Assembly: GCA_944389155.1 (NCBI GenBank)
Contig: CALXLI010000004.1
Coordinates: 758-64,757 of the forward strand
DNA: 64,000 nucleotides
Direction: 5' to 3'
Source of the DNA: an uncultured Spirochaetaceae bacterium
Lineage (GTDB): Bacteria > Spirochaetota > Spirochaetia > Sphaerochaetales > Sphaerochaetaceae
Shown piece by piece: positions 55,489-64,000 of the stretch. The notes beneath the pieces are model-generated. The model had not been told where the DNA came from and searched no databases. It was given only the letters and a program-made list of their open reading frames with translations. The position numbers and the translations under genes were made by a program. The first letter of the stretch is position 1. The number at the start of each line of letters is the position of its first letter.

Positions 55489-56274
55489 TTATCTGGTGAA
55501 TCTTTCTATGCTCAGAGCTTTCCCCGTTTCTGTATCCACTTCGATTATCACTCCCTGCATATGCCCCTCTCCTTCTGCTACCTCGCTTTTGATCGGGAGC
55601 TGTGTAAGCTGCCGTTCAATGGACTTCTCTGGAGACGACCCTATCACAGCATCTACAACACCGGTAATCCCAAGATCCGTTATATATGCTGTTCCCTTAG
55701 GGAGTATCTTCTCATCTGCTGTCTGTACATGTGTGTGCGTGCCGACAACAGCGCTGACCTTGCCATCAAGGAAAAAGCCCATAGCTTCCTTTTCCTCTGT
55801 ATTTTCAGCATGGAAATCAACAAGGATGACCTTTACGGAACGCCCTATGTCACGAAGCGCTTCCGATACTCTTTTGAATGGATCATCGATAGGGCTCATA
55901 AGGACCCGTCCCTGGGCATTTATGACAGCATACTCAAGCTCGCCTTTCTTCCTGACAGTCCAGCCACGGCCACTGCATGGCTCCGGATAATTAACAGGCC
56001 TGAGGATGGTATCTTCCCTATCCAGAACGGGAATGATATCATCCTTCTGCCAGATATGGTTGCCGCTTGTTATCACATCAACGCCCATTGCCCTGAATTT
56101 GTGGAAATCATCCTCGCTTATACCAAAGCCACCTGCAGCGTTCTCACCGTTGGCAACCACGACGTCTATGTTCTTTTCCCTTACAAATGAAGAGAGCCCC
56201 AGAAAGAGGGCTCCCATTCCAGCACTTCCCGATACATCTCCAAGCATCAGGATACGTGCGATCTTTCCACGCAT
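55489..56274 (-). CDS. ymdB: YmdB-like metallophosphoesterase (TIGR00282 family)
   Basis: ILMLGDVSGSAG, NGENAAGG and GTHTHVQTADE. Conserved position downstream of rny. Confidence 0.88.
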   Translation of the reverse strand: MRGKIARILMLGDVSGSAGMGALFLGLSSFVREKNIDVVVANGENAAGGFGISEDDFHKFRAMGVDVITSGNHIWQKDDIIPVLDREDTILRPVNYPEPCSGRGWTVRKKGELEYAVINAQGRVLMSPIDDPFKRVSEALRDIGRSVKVILVDFHAENTEEKEAMGFFLDGKVSAVVGTHTHVQTADEKILPKGTAYITDLGITGVVDAVIGSSPEKSIERQLTQLPIKSEVAEGEGHMQGVIIEVDTETGKALSIERFTR

Positions 56275-56276
56275 AA

Positions 56277-57809
56277 TTACCTCGCGTACTCTGTAACCCT
56301 GGTCTCCCTTATGATAGTCACCTTGATCTTTCCAGGATACCTGAGTTCAGCTTCAATCCTCTCTGCAATGCCTACAGCGATCTTCTTTGCATCCTCATCG
56401 GAGACCTTTTCGCTGTTGACCATTATCCTAAGCTCACGTCCAGCCTGAATAGCGAATGCATTATCGACGCCATCGAAGCTCTTCGCAATATTCTCAAGCG
56501 ATTCAAGACGCTTGATATAGTTATCGAGGCTTTCGCGTCTAGCACCAGGACGAGCCGCTGAAATAGCATCTGCAACCTGGACGATGATGGCTTCTATGCA
56601 TGTCGGCTCTGTATCGTTATGGTGGGCAAGCACGCAATTCACGACACGTGGGTCCTCTCCAAGACGCTTGACAAGCTCCGCACCAAGCTCTGCATGGTTG
56701 GCTTCGCTCTCTGTCTCAGCACCCTTGCCGATATCATGCAGAAGACCTCCACGCTTGGCAATCTCAGCATCTGCACCGACTTCAGAGGCAATCATTCCTG
56801 CAAGTATCGCAACCTCCTTGGAGTGCAGAAGGACATTCTGCCCATAGCTAGTACGGAAATGCAGGCGGCCAAGCGCACGGATAAGCTCCGGTCCCATATT
56901 ATGGAAACCAAGGTCAAAGACAACCTTCTCACCCTCATCCACGATTATGCGGCCAACTTCCTTGGAGACTTTGTTGACCATCTCCTCGATGCGTGCAGGA
57001 TGTATACGCCCATCCTGGACAAGGCGTTCAAGCGCAACTCTTGCGATTTCCTTCCTGACAGGATCGAAACATGAGATAACGACCGCTTCTGGGGTATCAT
57101 CGATGATGATATCAACACCGGTAAGGGTTTCAAGGGTTCTGATATTCCTTCCTTCCCTTCCGATGATCCTTCCCTTCATCTCATCACTTGGCAGTGACAC
57201 AGATGCGGTTGTGGTCTCTCCTGAAACCTCAGTTGCAAGGCGCTGTATGGATGTCACTATGATATCACGGGCAACCTTATCAGCCTGCACCTGAGCTTCC
57301 TGCTCAATCTTGTTCACATAAACCTGACCATCTCGTTCAGCTTCCCTCTTCATCTGCTCAATAATGAGGTTCTTTGCCTCTTCCTGAGTCATCGAGGCAA
57401 CCCTTTCAAGCTCTTCAGAAAGCTTCTTCGTCTGATCTTCGGTTTCCTTTTCCTTGAGGCTTATTGCCTCCTCTCTCTCTCCCAGCTGTTGTTTTATTCT
57501 TTCGAGTTCCTGCTGTCTATGCTCAAGATTCTCTTCCTTCTGCAGCAACCTTCTTTCAGATTTCTGCAGCTCGAATCTTCGCTCCCTAGCCTCTCGTTCC
57601 TGCTGCTGCTGTTCTTTCAGGAGCTTATCACGAGTTTCTAGGATTATCTCACGGGCTTCAGCTTCAGCCTTTGAAACAGCATCCTCTGAAATCCTCTGAG
57701 CTTTCTGCTCAACCGAAGTGAGCTTCGATTTTGCGTATATCCAACGGGCCAAGAAGCCTATTGCAATGCCAGCGAACAGACATAGGAGGGAGAAGATAAA
57801 AGTCATCAT
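56277..57809 (-). CDS. rny: Ribonuclease Y
   Basis: N-terminal TM helix, coiled coil, KH domain (GRIIGREGRNIR) and HD domain (HSKEVA...LLHDIGK). The ATG at 57809 is preceded by GGAGGAGG. The track ORF's 27 extra codons run over the promoter. Confidence 0.93.
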   Translation of the reverse strand: MMTFIFSLLCLFAGIAIGFLARWIYAKSKLTSVEQKAQRISEDAVSKAEAEAREIILETRDKLLKEQQQQEREARERRFELQKSERRLLQKEENLEHRQQELERIKQQLGEREEAISLKEKETEDQTKKLSEELERVASMTQEEAKNLIIEQMKREAERDGQVYVNKIEQEAQVQADKVARDIIVTSIQRLATEVSGETTTASVSLPSDEMKGRIIGREGRNIRTLETLTGVDIIIDDTPEAVVISCFDPVRKEIARVALERLVQDGRIHPARIEEMVNKVSKEVGRIIVDEGEKVVFDLGFHNMGPELIRALGRLHFRTSYGQNVLLHSKEVAILAGMIASEVGADAEIAKRGGLLHDIGKGAETESEANHAELGAELVKRLGEDPRVVNCVLAHHNDTEPTCIEAIIVQVADAISAARPGARRESLDNYIKRLESLENIAKSFDGVDNAFAIQAGRELRIMVNSEKVSDEDAKKIAVGIAERIEAELRYPGKIKVTIIRETRVTEYAR

Positions 57810-57845
57810 TTGTTTGCTCCTCCTCCAGTCATCTAATGTTCTGAT

Positions 57846-57872
57846 ATTGTAGCAAAGTCGAACAACTGTCAA
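57846..57872 (-). promoter_or_regulatory. Sigma-70-type promoter of rny
   Basis: On the minus strand: TTGACA (57872-57867), a 15-nt spacer ending TGC (extended -10), then TACAAT (57851-57846). Confidence 0.55.
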
Positions 57873-57959
57873 GGTGAGTTTTTTAGACACATCACTATTC
57901 TTGTGGATGCTAATGAAAAAAAGAGTGCATTACGCAATATATAGCGATATTCGGAAATG

Positions 57960-57985
57960 AAAAAAACCGCCACGCATCGTGACGG
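57960..57985 (-). terminator. Rho-independent terminator after rplQ
   Basis: The minus strand reads CCGTCACG-ATG-CGTGGCGG followed by TTTTTTT. Confidence 0.7.
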
Positions 57986-58025
57986 CTTCAGGCTATGCCT
58001 GTTTTACCTTCCATGGTTCGGAAGC

Positions 58026-58442
58026 TTAGTTGGAGGCTTTCTCCTTGGACTTCTTGTCCTTGCTTGCAGCTTTCTCTTCCTTCTTTGTCTTCTCGACAAG
58101 CTCAAGTATTACCATCTCTGCTGCATCGCCAAGTCTGTTTCCAGTCTTGAGTATGCGGGTATATCCGCCATTTCTCTCTGTGAAGAGAGGTCCAATCTCC
58201 TTGAAAAGCTTGTTCACGACTGCCTCATCGTAGATATAACGGGCAGCGACACGGCGATTGTGTACCGAATCAACTTTTGAACGTGTAATAAGCTTCTCAG
58301 CCATCTTCCTTACCTCAAGCGCCTTTGCCTTGGTTGTCTCGATCCTCTCATACTTGAGAAGTGATGTTACCATGCTGCGCATGAGTGCTTTGCGCTGACT
58401 TGATTTACGGGAAAGCGCATTGTATCCGATCCTATGCTTCAT
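58026..58442 (-). CDS. rplQ: 50S ribosomal protein L17
   Basis: [37 protein letters not shown]. Confidence 0.96.
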   Translation of the reverse strand: MKHRIGYNALSRKSSQRKALMRSMVTSLLKYERIETTKAKALEVRKMAEKLITRSKVDSVHNRRVAARYIYDEAVVNKLFKEIGPLFTERNGGYTRILKTGNRLGDAAEMVILELVEKTKKEEKAASKDKKSKEKASN

Positions 58443-59493
58443 TGTTCTCTTCTTCCTTGTTCTCTGGAACTTTGATAGACGTCTTCAAAACACTGAAGTC
58501 AGTCATGCCAAGCGTAAGGCCCCACTCCCTGAGCTTATCCTTGATCTCAGACAGCGACTTCTTGCCGAAGTTCCTGGTCTTGGCAATTTCATCTTCAGTT
58601 TTCCTTGCAAGATCACCAATCGTCTTGATTCCTGCATTCTTAAGGCAGTTGGAAGAACGCACTGTAAGCTCAAGCTCCTCAACTGGAGTATCGAGCAGGT
58701 GGCGAATCCTCTCCTCTTCCTCATCTGCTTCTTCTGTTGTGCAGATCTTTCCCTCATCAAAATTGATGAAGATCGTGAAGTGCTCCTTGATGATCTTAGC
58801 AGCTTCACCTAGAGCATTCTCTGGAGAAATCGTTCCATCTGTCGTGATTTCAATCGTAAGCTTCTCATAGTCGTTTCTCTGACCAACCCTTGTCGGCTCG
58901 ATTGAGTACTTCACTCTCTTTACAGGAGAATAGAATGCGTCAATTGAGATAACACCCGGCTCTTCAGAGTACTTCTCGTTCAGCTCAGATGGGACATAAC
59001 CTCTTCCAAGGTCAATCTGCACTTCCATCTCCAGATCGCAGTCGTCCATCATGGTAAAGATAGGGAGATCGGGATTCGTTACCGTTACCTGATCGCGCTC
59101 AAAATCCTTACCTGTTATGACGCCTGGCCCCTTGCATGGAATCGTGAGGACTGTTCCCTCGCTATCTTCCGGCATACTGATCTGCAGTTTCTTAATGGCT
59201 GCAATGATATCACTGATATCTTCCCTGACTCCAGTAAGTGGCTCGAACTCAGATGTAACCATGTGCGCTTCCCTGTTATCGGTATCACCGAAGGTCGTGA
59301 AGCGGATTGCTGTCACGGCATATCCCTGAATCGAGGAAAGGAGGACACGGCGAAGCGTATTACCTACAGTTGTTCCAAACCCTCTTTCGAAAGGATAGGC
59401 GACAAACACACCACGGTCAGCTGTCGAGACTGTGTGATCAAGAGTGACTCCCGCGGGTCTCTTAAACCCTTTGAGAAGATTTTTCCTAGCCAT
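58432..59493 (-). CDS. rpoA: DNA-directed RNA polymerase subunit alpha
   Basis: N-terminal domain [11 protein letters not shown] and C-terminal domain [22 protein letters not shown]. Confidence 0.97.
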   Translation of the reverse strand: MARKNLLKGFKRPAGVTLDHTVSTADRGVFVAYPFERGFGTTVGNTLRRVLLSSIQGYAVTAIRFTTFGDTDNREAHMVTSEFEPLTGVREDISDIIAAIKKLQISMPEDSEGTVLTIPCKGPGVITGKDFERDQVTVTNPDLPIFTMMDDCDLEMEVQIDLGRGYVPSELNEKYSEEPGVISIDAFYSPVKRVKYSIEPTRVGQRNDYEKLTIEITTDGTISPENALGEAAKIIKEHFTIFINFDEGKICTTEEADEEEERIRHLLDTPVEELELTVRSSNCLKNAGIKTIGDLARKTEDEIAKTRNFGKKSLSEIKDKLREWGLTLGMTDFSVLKTSIKVPENKEEENNEA

Positions 59494-59533
59494 TATAGCT
59501 CCTTATTACAGCTGCGGGAAAACCCGCAGTCAA

Positions 59534-59911
59534 TCAGACACGGCGAGTCTTGCGAGGACGACAACCGTTATGCGGAATCGGGGTAACGTCTCTGATAGTG
59601 CGGACTTTGAGCCCAAGCACGCCAAGGGTCCTGATAGCGCTTTCACGACCAACACCAGGTCCCTTTACATAGACATTCACTTCCCTAAGGCCGAAGTCCA
59701 TAGCCTTCTTTGCTGCTGTCTCACATGTTGTCTGAGCAGCATACGGTGTGGATTTCTTTGCACCGCGGAATCCGAGTCCACCTGCAGAGGCCCATGCAAT
59801 CGCATTGCCTGCGATATCGGTAATCGTAATGATCGTATTGTTGAAGGTTGCCTGGATATAGACATTTCCTTCGATTACGGTCTTCTTTGTCTTTTTCTTT
59901 ACGTTAGCCAT
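59534..59911 (-). CDS. rpsK: 30S ribosomal protein S11
   Basis: [12 protein letters not shown]...[14 protein letters not shown]. Confidence 0.97.
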   Translation of the reverse strand: MANVKKKTKKTVIEGNVYIQATFNNTIITITDIAGNAIAWASAGGLGFRGAKKSTPYAAQTTCETAAKKAMDFGLREVNVYVKGPGVGRESAIRTLGVLGLKVRTIRDVTPIPHNGCRPRKTRRV

Positions 59912-59925
59912 TTCTCACCTGCCCC

Positions 59926-60291
59926 TTATTTCTTCTTATTGGCGACAGTCTTCTTTCTGCCCTTTCTGGTCCTAGCGTTGGTCTTGGTCCTCTGTCCGCG
60001 GACAGGAAGCCCCTTCCTGTGCCTCAGTCCTCTGTAGCAGCCAATATCCATCAGCCTCTTGATGTTGAGAGCAACTTCGGTGCGAAGATGACCTTCGATC
60101 TTATACTCGTCCTCGATAACCTTTCTCAGGAGAGCAAGCTCATCACTGGACAGTGTATTGATCCTTACGTCTGGATCGATATTCGTCTTCTTGCAGATAT
60201 CGTCAGCAGACTTCCTGCCGATACCATAGATATATGTCAGTGCGATTTTTACTGCCTTGTTAGGCAGGTCAACACCTGCTATACGTGCCAT
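59926..60291 (-). CDS. rpsM: 30S ribosomal protein S13
   Basis: [10 protein letters not shown]...[21 protein letters not shown]. Confidence 0.97.
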   Translation of the reverse strand: MARIAGVDLPNKAVKIALTYIYGIGRKSADDICKKTNIDPDVRINTLSSDELALLRKVIEDEYKIEGHLRTEVALNIKRLMDIGCYRGLRHRKGLPVRGQRTKTNARTRKGRKKTVANKKK

Positions 60292-60304
60292 TCATGGCCT
60301 CCTG

Positions 60305-60418
60305 TTATTTCTGTCTCTGCTTGTGCTTCGGGTTCTCGCAGATAATGCGCACAACACCGGCACGTCTGATAACCTTGCACTTATCGCAAATTGGTTTGAC
60401 ACTAGCTCTTACTTTCAT
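60305..60418 (-). CDS. rpmJ: 50S ribosomal protein L36
   Basis: Below the ORF-track size cut-off. My minus-strand translation gives [37 protein letters not shown] (37 aa) between secY and rpsM. Confidence 0.93.
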   Translation of the reverse strand: MKVRASVKPICDKCKVIRRAGVVRIICENPKHKQRQK

Positions 60419-60432
60419 TTCCAAGCTCCCAA

Positions 60433-61734
60433 TTAGAATTTCTTTAGCCTGCGCTTCTTTGCATCAACAAATCCATCATGATGATGCATCTTCATCATTG
60501 CGTCAAGCTGTCTCATTGTCTCGAGGTCAACGCCTACGAGGATGATCAGAGAAGTTCCGCCGAAAAGCATAGCAACGCTTGCCGGGAAATTGAAGAACAT
60601 CTGGATGAGCGTCGGTATCAGGGCAATGAATGCCAGGAATACAGAGCCCGGAAGAACGATTCTGTTTAGAACCTTCGTAAGATACTCTTCAAGCTTCTCA
60701 TTTCTAACCCCTGGAATCGAACCACCGTTATCACGGATATTCTTAGCCATCTCAATCGGATTGAGGCTCACCTGCGTATAGAAGAATGCAAACGCAATGA
60801 TGAGAAGGGTGTATATGATAAGATATGGTGCACCCTGAGGATTGAGGAAATCAGAGATTGCCCTCAACCATCCGATATTCGAGTTATAACCAAGCTGCAA
60901 CGGGAATGAAAGGAGAGTTGATGCGAAGATTACAGGGATAACTCCTGACGGATTGATCTTGAATGGGATATAAGAGCTCTGAGAGCCATACATCTTTCTT
61001 CCGACAACACGGCGGGAATACTGTACTGGAATCTTCCTCTGTCCCTTCTCCTCGTACACAACAAGAGCAACAACGAAGAAGAACATCACGATAACCACGA
61101 TGAGCGATACAGGATTGAGCACTCCAAGCTGAATGCTTCTGACCATCTGGTACGAAGCTGACGGAATACGGGCAACGATACCTGCAAAGATAAGGAGCGA
61201 AATACCGTTACCGACGCCTTTGTCAGTAATCTTCTCACCAAGCCAGACCATTGTCATCGAGCCAGCTGTCACGGTAATCATGGCGACGATAGTGAAAGGA
61301 ACCCTTCCGATTGCGATTGCACCTGGAATGCTGGAAGCATACACGGATGCTGCAAGAGACTGGATTGCACTGACGATTATCGAACCATAACGAGTATACT
61401 GCTGTATCTTCTTTGAACCCTGAGGATCCTGCGCGAGCTTCTTAAGCGATGGAATGACAAGCATCAGCAGCTGCATGATGATCTGCGTGCTGATGTATGG
61501 CATTACTCCAAGCATGAAAATCGAGAAGTTAGCGAAGGCACCACCAGAGAAGAAGTTCAGATACTCAGTAAACGAGTTCGAGTTATACTCGAAATAGCTG
61601 AGGACAACCCCTGGGTTTACGCCAGGGATCGGAAGGATTGCTCCTACTCTTGTTACCGCAAGGATAGCAAAAGTAAAGAGTATTCTCTTCTTTATGTCCT
61701 TCATTCTGAACATTTCTACCAGAGTGTTTGCCAT
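60433..61734 (-). CDS. secY: Preprotein translocase subunit SecY
   Basis: 433 aa, ten TM helices, and typical blocks ([23 protein letters not shown]). Confidence 0.97.
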   Translation of the reverse strand: MANTLVEMFRMKDIKKRILFTFAILAVTRVGAILPIPGVNPGVVLSYFEYNSNSFTEYLNFFSGGAFANFSIFMLGVMPYISTQIIMQLLMLVIPSLKKLAQDPQGSKKIQQYTRYGSIIVSAIQSLAASVYASSIPGAIAIGRVPFTIVAMITVTAGSMTMVWLGEKITDKGVGNGISLLIFAGIVARIPSASYQMVRSIQLGVLNPVSLIVVIVMFFFVVALVVYEEKGQRKIPVQYSRRVVGRKMYGSQSSYIPFKINPSGVIPVIFASTLLSFPLQLGYNSNIGWLRAISDFLNPQGAPYLIIYTLLIIAFAFFYTQVSLNPIEMAKNIRDNGGSIPGVRNEKLEEYLTKVLNRIVLPGSVFLAFIALIPTLIQMFFNFPASVAMLFGGTSLIILVGVDLETMRQLDAMMKMHHHDGFVDAKKRRLKKF

Positions 61735-61742
61735 TTCTGTCT

Positions 61743-62171
61743 CTACCTTACCTCTCCGCCAACAGCCTTGATCTTCTCTGCAGCTGTTGCGCTTATCTTG
61801 ACTCCGTCAATGACAAGCTTCTTTGAGATCTCGCCATCGGCAAGGATCTTGGCTTCTGCCTGTCCCTTGATAAGTCCCTTAGCTTTGAGAGTCTCAGCTG
61901 AAACTGTCTCACCCTCTGCAAATACTCTATCAAGCTCTGCAACTGAGATTGGCTGTCTCTCTACCTTGAATGGGTAGTTTGAGAAACCACGTCTTGCAAG
62001 ACGCCTGTAGAGAGGCATCTGTCCGCCTTCGAATCCGAGACGGACTCCACCACCTGAGCGGCTGTTCTGGCCATCATGGCCTCTTCCGCAAGCTCTGCCC
62101 TTGCTGGATGCGCCGCGACCTACTATCGTCTTCCGGGTAGTTGCCCCGGCTGGTTTTACGATCTGTGCCAT
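61743..62171 (-). CDS. rplO: 50S ribosomal protein L15
   Basis: GRGHDGQNSRSGGGVRLGFEGGQMPLYRRL. Confidence 0.95.
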   Translation of the reverse strand: MAQIVKPAGATTRKTIVGRGASSKGRACGRGHDGQNSRSGGGVRLGFEGGQMPLYRRLARRGFSNYPFKVERQPISVAELDRVFAEGETVSAETLKAKGLIKGQAEAKILADGEISKKLVIDGVKISATAAEKIKAVGGEVR

Positions 62172-62351
62172 TTAGACCTCCTCAACCTTTACCAGGTGAG
62201 CAACTGTGCGAACCATGCCAAGAGTTGATGGATTCGCTTCGTGAACAACGGAACTGGAAATCTTTCCAAGTCCGAGAGCCTTTATGGTCTTTCTCTGCTT
62301 TGGAAGAGTTCCTGCCAGTCCCTTTACGAGTGTGATCTTTATCTGTGCCAT
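62172..62351 (-). CDS. rpmD: 50S ribosomal protein L30
   Basis: [28 protein letters not shown]. The ATG at 62351 lies 2 nt after the rpsE stop; the track start at 62363 is a GTG inside rpsE. Confidence 0.9.
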   Translation of the reverse strand: MAQIKITLVKGLAGTLPKQRKTIKALGLGKISSSVVHEANPSTLGMVRTVAHLVKVEEV

Positions 62352-62353
62352 GG

Positions 62354-62860
62354 TTAACTCCACATCTCCTTCAGAGTCTTGCCCCTAGAAGCTGCAACCT
62401 CAGCAGCATCATACATATGCTCAAGTGCATCAAATGTTGCCTTGACTGTATTGATGCCATTCCTGGATCCGAGAGACTTCGAAAGAACGTCCCTGATTCC
62501 AGCAGCATCACATACAAGACGAACAGCACCGCCAGCCTTGACTCCTGTTCCAGGAACAGCTGGGCGAAGGAGTACTGATGCGCTCTTGAACTTTCCAACG
62601 ATATCGTGAGGAATTGTCGTTCCCTTGAGAGGTACTGTGATCAGGCTGTTCCTAGCCTTCTCCGTAGCCTTTCTGATAGCGTCAGTAACATCGTTAGCCT
62701 TACCAAAGCCATAGCCTACCCTACCGTCACCGTAACCAACTACAACAAGAGCTGAGAAAGAGAATCTTCTACCACCCTTTACAACCTTGGCAACACGGTT
62801 GAGCTTTACGAGCTTCTCGATGCTTCCGTCCTTAACTTCTCTGTCTTTTGCCTTATCCAT
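62354..62860 (-). CDS. rpsE: 30S ribosomal protein S5
   Basis: [38 protein letters not shown]. Confidence 0.96.
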   Translation of the reverse strand: MDKAKDREVKDGSIEKLVKLNRVAKVVKGGRRFSFSALVVVGYGDGRVGYGFGKANDVTDAIRKATEKARNSLITVPLKGTTIPHDIVGKFKSASVLLRPAVPGTGVKAGGAVRLVCDAAGIRDVLSKSLGSRNGINTVKATFDALEHMYDAAEVAASRGKTLKEMWS

Positions 62861-62869
62861 TATCTGCTC

Positions 62870-63229
62870 CTAGAACTTGACTCCGGCCTTTCTAGCGCCA
62901 TCAGCTATAGCCTTGATGATACCATGGTAAAGATAACCATTGCGATCAAAGACAACGCTGTCGATATTCTTCTCAAGAAGTCTCTTTCCAACAACCTCGC
63001 CAAGCTTCTCAGCGTCAGCGACTGTATTTCTGAGGTTCCTGAGATCAGCTTCAACGGATGAGGCGGATACGATCGTATTGCCGACTGTATCGTCGATAAC
63101 CTGGACGTACATGTGGTAATTCGATCTGAAGACAGTCATTCTCGGTCTTGAGGCAGTTCCGGAGATTCTCTTCCTGATATGAAGCTTCCTCTTAAGATGC
63201 CTTCTGTTCTTGTCGATCATTCTGTTCAT
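62870..63229 (-). CDS. rplR: 50S ribosomal protein L18
   Basis: [20 protein letters not shown]...[22 protein letters not shown]. Confidence 0.95.
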   Translation of the reverse strand: MNRMIDKNRRHLKRKLHIRKRISGTASRPRMTVFRSNYHMYVQVIDDTVGNTIVSASSVEADLRNLRNTVADAEKLGEVVGKRLLEKNIDSVVFDRNGYLYHGIIKAIADGARKAGVKF

Positions 63230-63243
63230 ACTTCCAAACCGCC

Positions 63244-63786
63244 TTATTTCTTACCACCGGACTTACCAACCTTGCGGCGGATAGTCTCGTCTTCGTACTT
63301 GATACCCTTGCCCTTGTTAGGCTCTGGTCCTCTGAGAGAACGGATTTCCGCAGAAACCTTGCCAACCTGTGCCTTATCAATGCCAGACACAGTAAGCTTT
63401 GCAGGGCCTTCTGCCTCAATCTTGATACCCTGAGGAATCATGTACTCAATTGGAGTTGAATAACCGAGATTGAGAGTGAGGATATCACCCTTGACCTCTG
63501 CTCTGTATCCAACGCCATTGATCAGGAGAACTTTCTGGAAACCCTTGGATACACCAATGATCATGTTATTGATCAGCTGGCGATAAAGCCCATGATAGCT
63601 CTTTGAAAGCTTCTCATCATCGTGCCTTGTCACAAGCACCTCATTGTCCTTGACTTCAACCGTAACATCTGGGCGGACTGTAAGAGAGAGCTCTCCCTTC
63701 GGTCCCTTGACAGATACGATGTTTCCGTCAACCGCAACACTGACCTTCTCCGGTATCTGCACCGGAAGCTTACCTATTCTAGACAT
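63244..63786 (-). CDS. rplF: 50S ribosomal protein L6
   Basis: [17 protein letters not shown]...LINGVGYRA...[10 protein letters not shown]. Confidence 0.96.
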   Translation of the reverse strand: MSRIGKLPVQIPEKVSVAVDGNIVSVKGPKGELSLTVRPDVTVEVKDNEVLVTRHDDEKLSKSYHGLYRQLINNMIIGVSKGFQKVLLINGVGYRAEVKGDILTLNLGYSTPIEYMIPQGIKIEAEGPAKLTVSGIDKAQVGKVSAEIRSLRGPEPNKGKGIKYEDETIRRKVGKSGGKK

Positions 63787-63795
63787 GCTTCCCCC

Positions 63796-64000
63796 CTACC
63801 AGATTGTGCAGATGATCTCACCGCCGACACGGGCTTCCTTAGCCTTCTTGCCGGTAATGACACCTGTCGAAGATGATACAACCACAACGCCAATGCCATT
63901 ATAGACAGATGGCATATCCTTATAGCCGCAATATACACGGCGACCAGGAGTGGAGATACGCTCAAGGCCGTGGAGCACAGGGCGCTGATCCTCTGTATAC
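63796..64000 (-). CDS. rpsH: 30S ribosomal protein S8, C-terminal part (start lies beyond the window end)
   Basis: The reading frame is open to the window edge. The C-terminus ISTPGRRVY...GIGVVVVSSSTGVITGKKAKEARVGGEIICTIW is typical of S8. Confidence 0.9.
   Translation of the reverse strand, partial: YTEDQRPVLHGLERISTPGRRVYCGYKDMPSVYNGIGVVVVSSSTGVITGKKAKEARVGGEIICTIW

Noticed and set aside
56277-57890. N-terminal extensions offered by the ORF track. The main case is rny, and the same applies to mnmE (to 15503), dnaJ (to 46930), surE (to 33740), adh (from 18287), DUF4186 (from 28292), the uridine-kinase fusion (from 28827) and grpE (to 49611).
   Set aside because: The extensions run across promoter-like elements or neighbouring genes, and they lack similarity to the expected family N-termini. 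Internal ATGs with good Shine-Dalgarno sequences match the canonical N-termini.

Overview
This is a dense, almost entirely protein-coding chromosomal window of roughly 48-50% GC (by eye). I support about 66 CDS and saw no rRNA, tRNA, CRISPR array, transposase, integrase or phage genes. All calls come from motif recognition in the supplied translations and from my own reading of intergenic DNA; I could not run any homology search.

The content is mostly core housekeeping:
- 1-15.4 kb (minus strand): guaA (partial), an ECF transporter (S, T and fused A-A' components), plsC, an ABC exporter, a DEAD-box helicase, a class IV aminotransferase, ftsK, rsmG, mnmG and mnmE.
- 15.5-17.1 kb: epmA-efp.
- 30.5-34.9 kb: a nifS-nifU containing operon.
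- 35.2-49.6 kb: hsp20, rpmE, rho, cinA, lnt, an HU/IHF-like gene, rpsT, a PSP1/RicT-like gene, dusB, purD, rlmB and grpE-dnaK-dnaJ.
- 51.5-57.8 kb: der, ptsI, ymdB-like and rny.
- 58.0-64.0 kb: the distal spc/alpha ribosomal cluster, rpsH (partial)-rplF-rplR-rpsE-rpmD-rplO-secY-rpmJ-rpsM-rpsK-rpoA-rplQ.

secY runs directly into rpmJ with no adk, map or infA. Together with ribosomal cluster, rny and grpE-dnaK lying on one strand, this fits my memory of spirochaete (Treponema-like) genomes; that is inference only.

The only accessory-looking stretch is about 17.1-30.9 kb. It holds a DUF362 protein, an Fe-ADH, a cytoplasmic heparinase II/III-like protein, a discoidin-like/thioredoxin/CcdA operon, a YihY-wHTH fusion, a lipase-like hydrolase, an AOR-like protein, DUF4186, a TGS-uridine-kinase fusion and an orphan antitoxin-like HTH.

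I did not find a convincing novel multi-gene system (defence, secretion or mobile). The most interesting signals are regulatory or architectural:
- a sigma-54-type -24/-12 promoter in front of hsp20;
- a non-CIRCE inverted repeat bracketing the -10 box of the grpE-dnaK-dnaJ promoter;
- a YihY/BrkB membrane protein fused to an Rrf2-like winged helix and coupled to an unknown ORF;
- several degenerate or unusually extended proteins.
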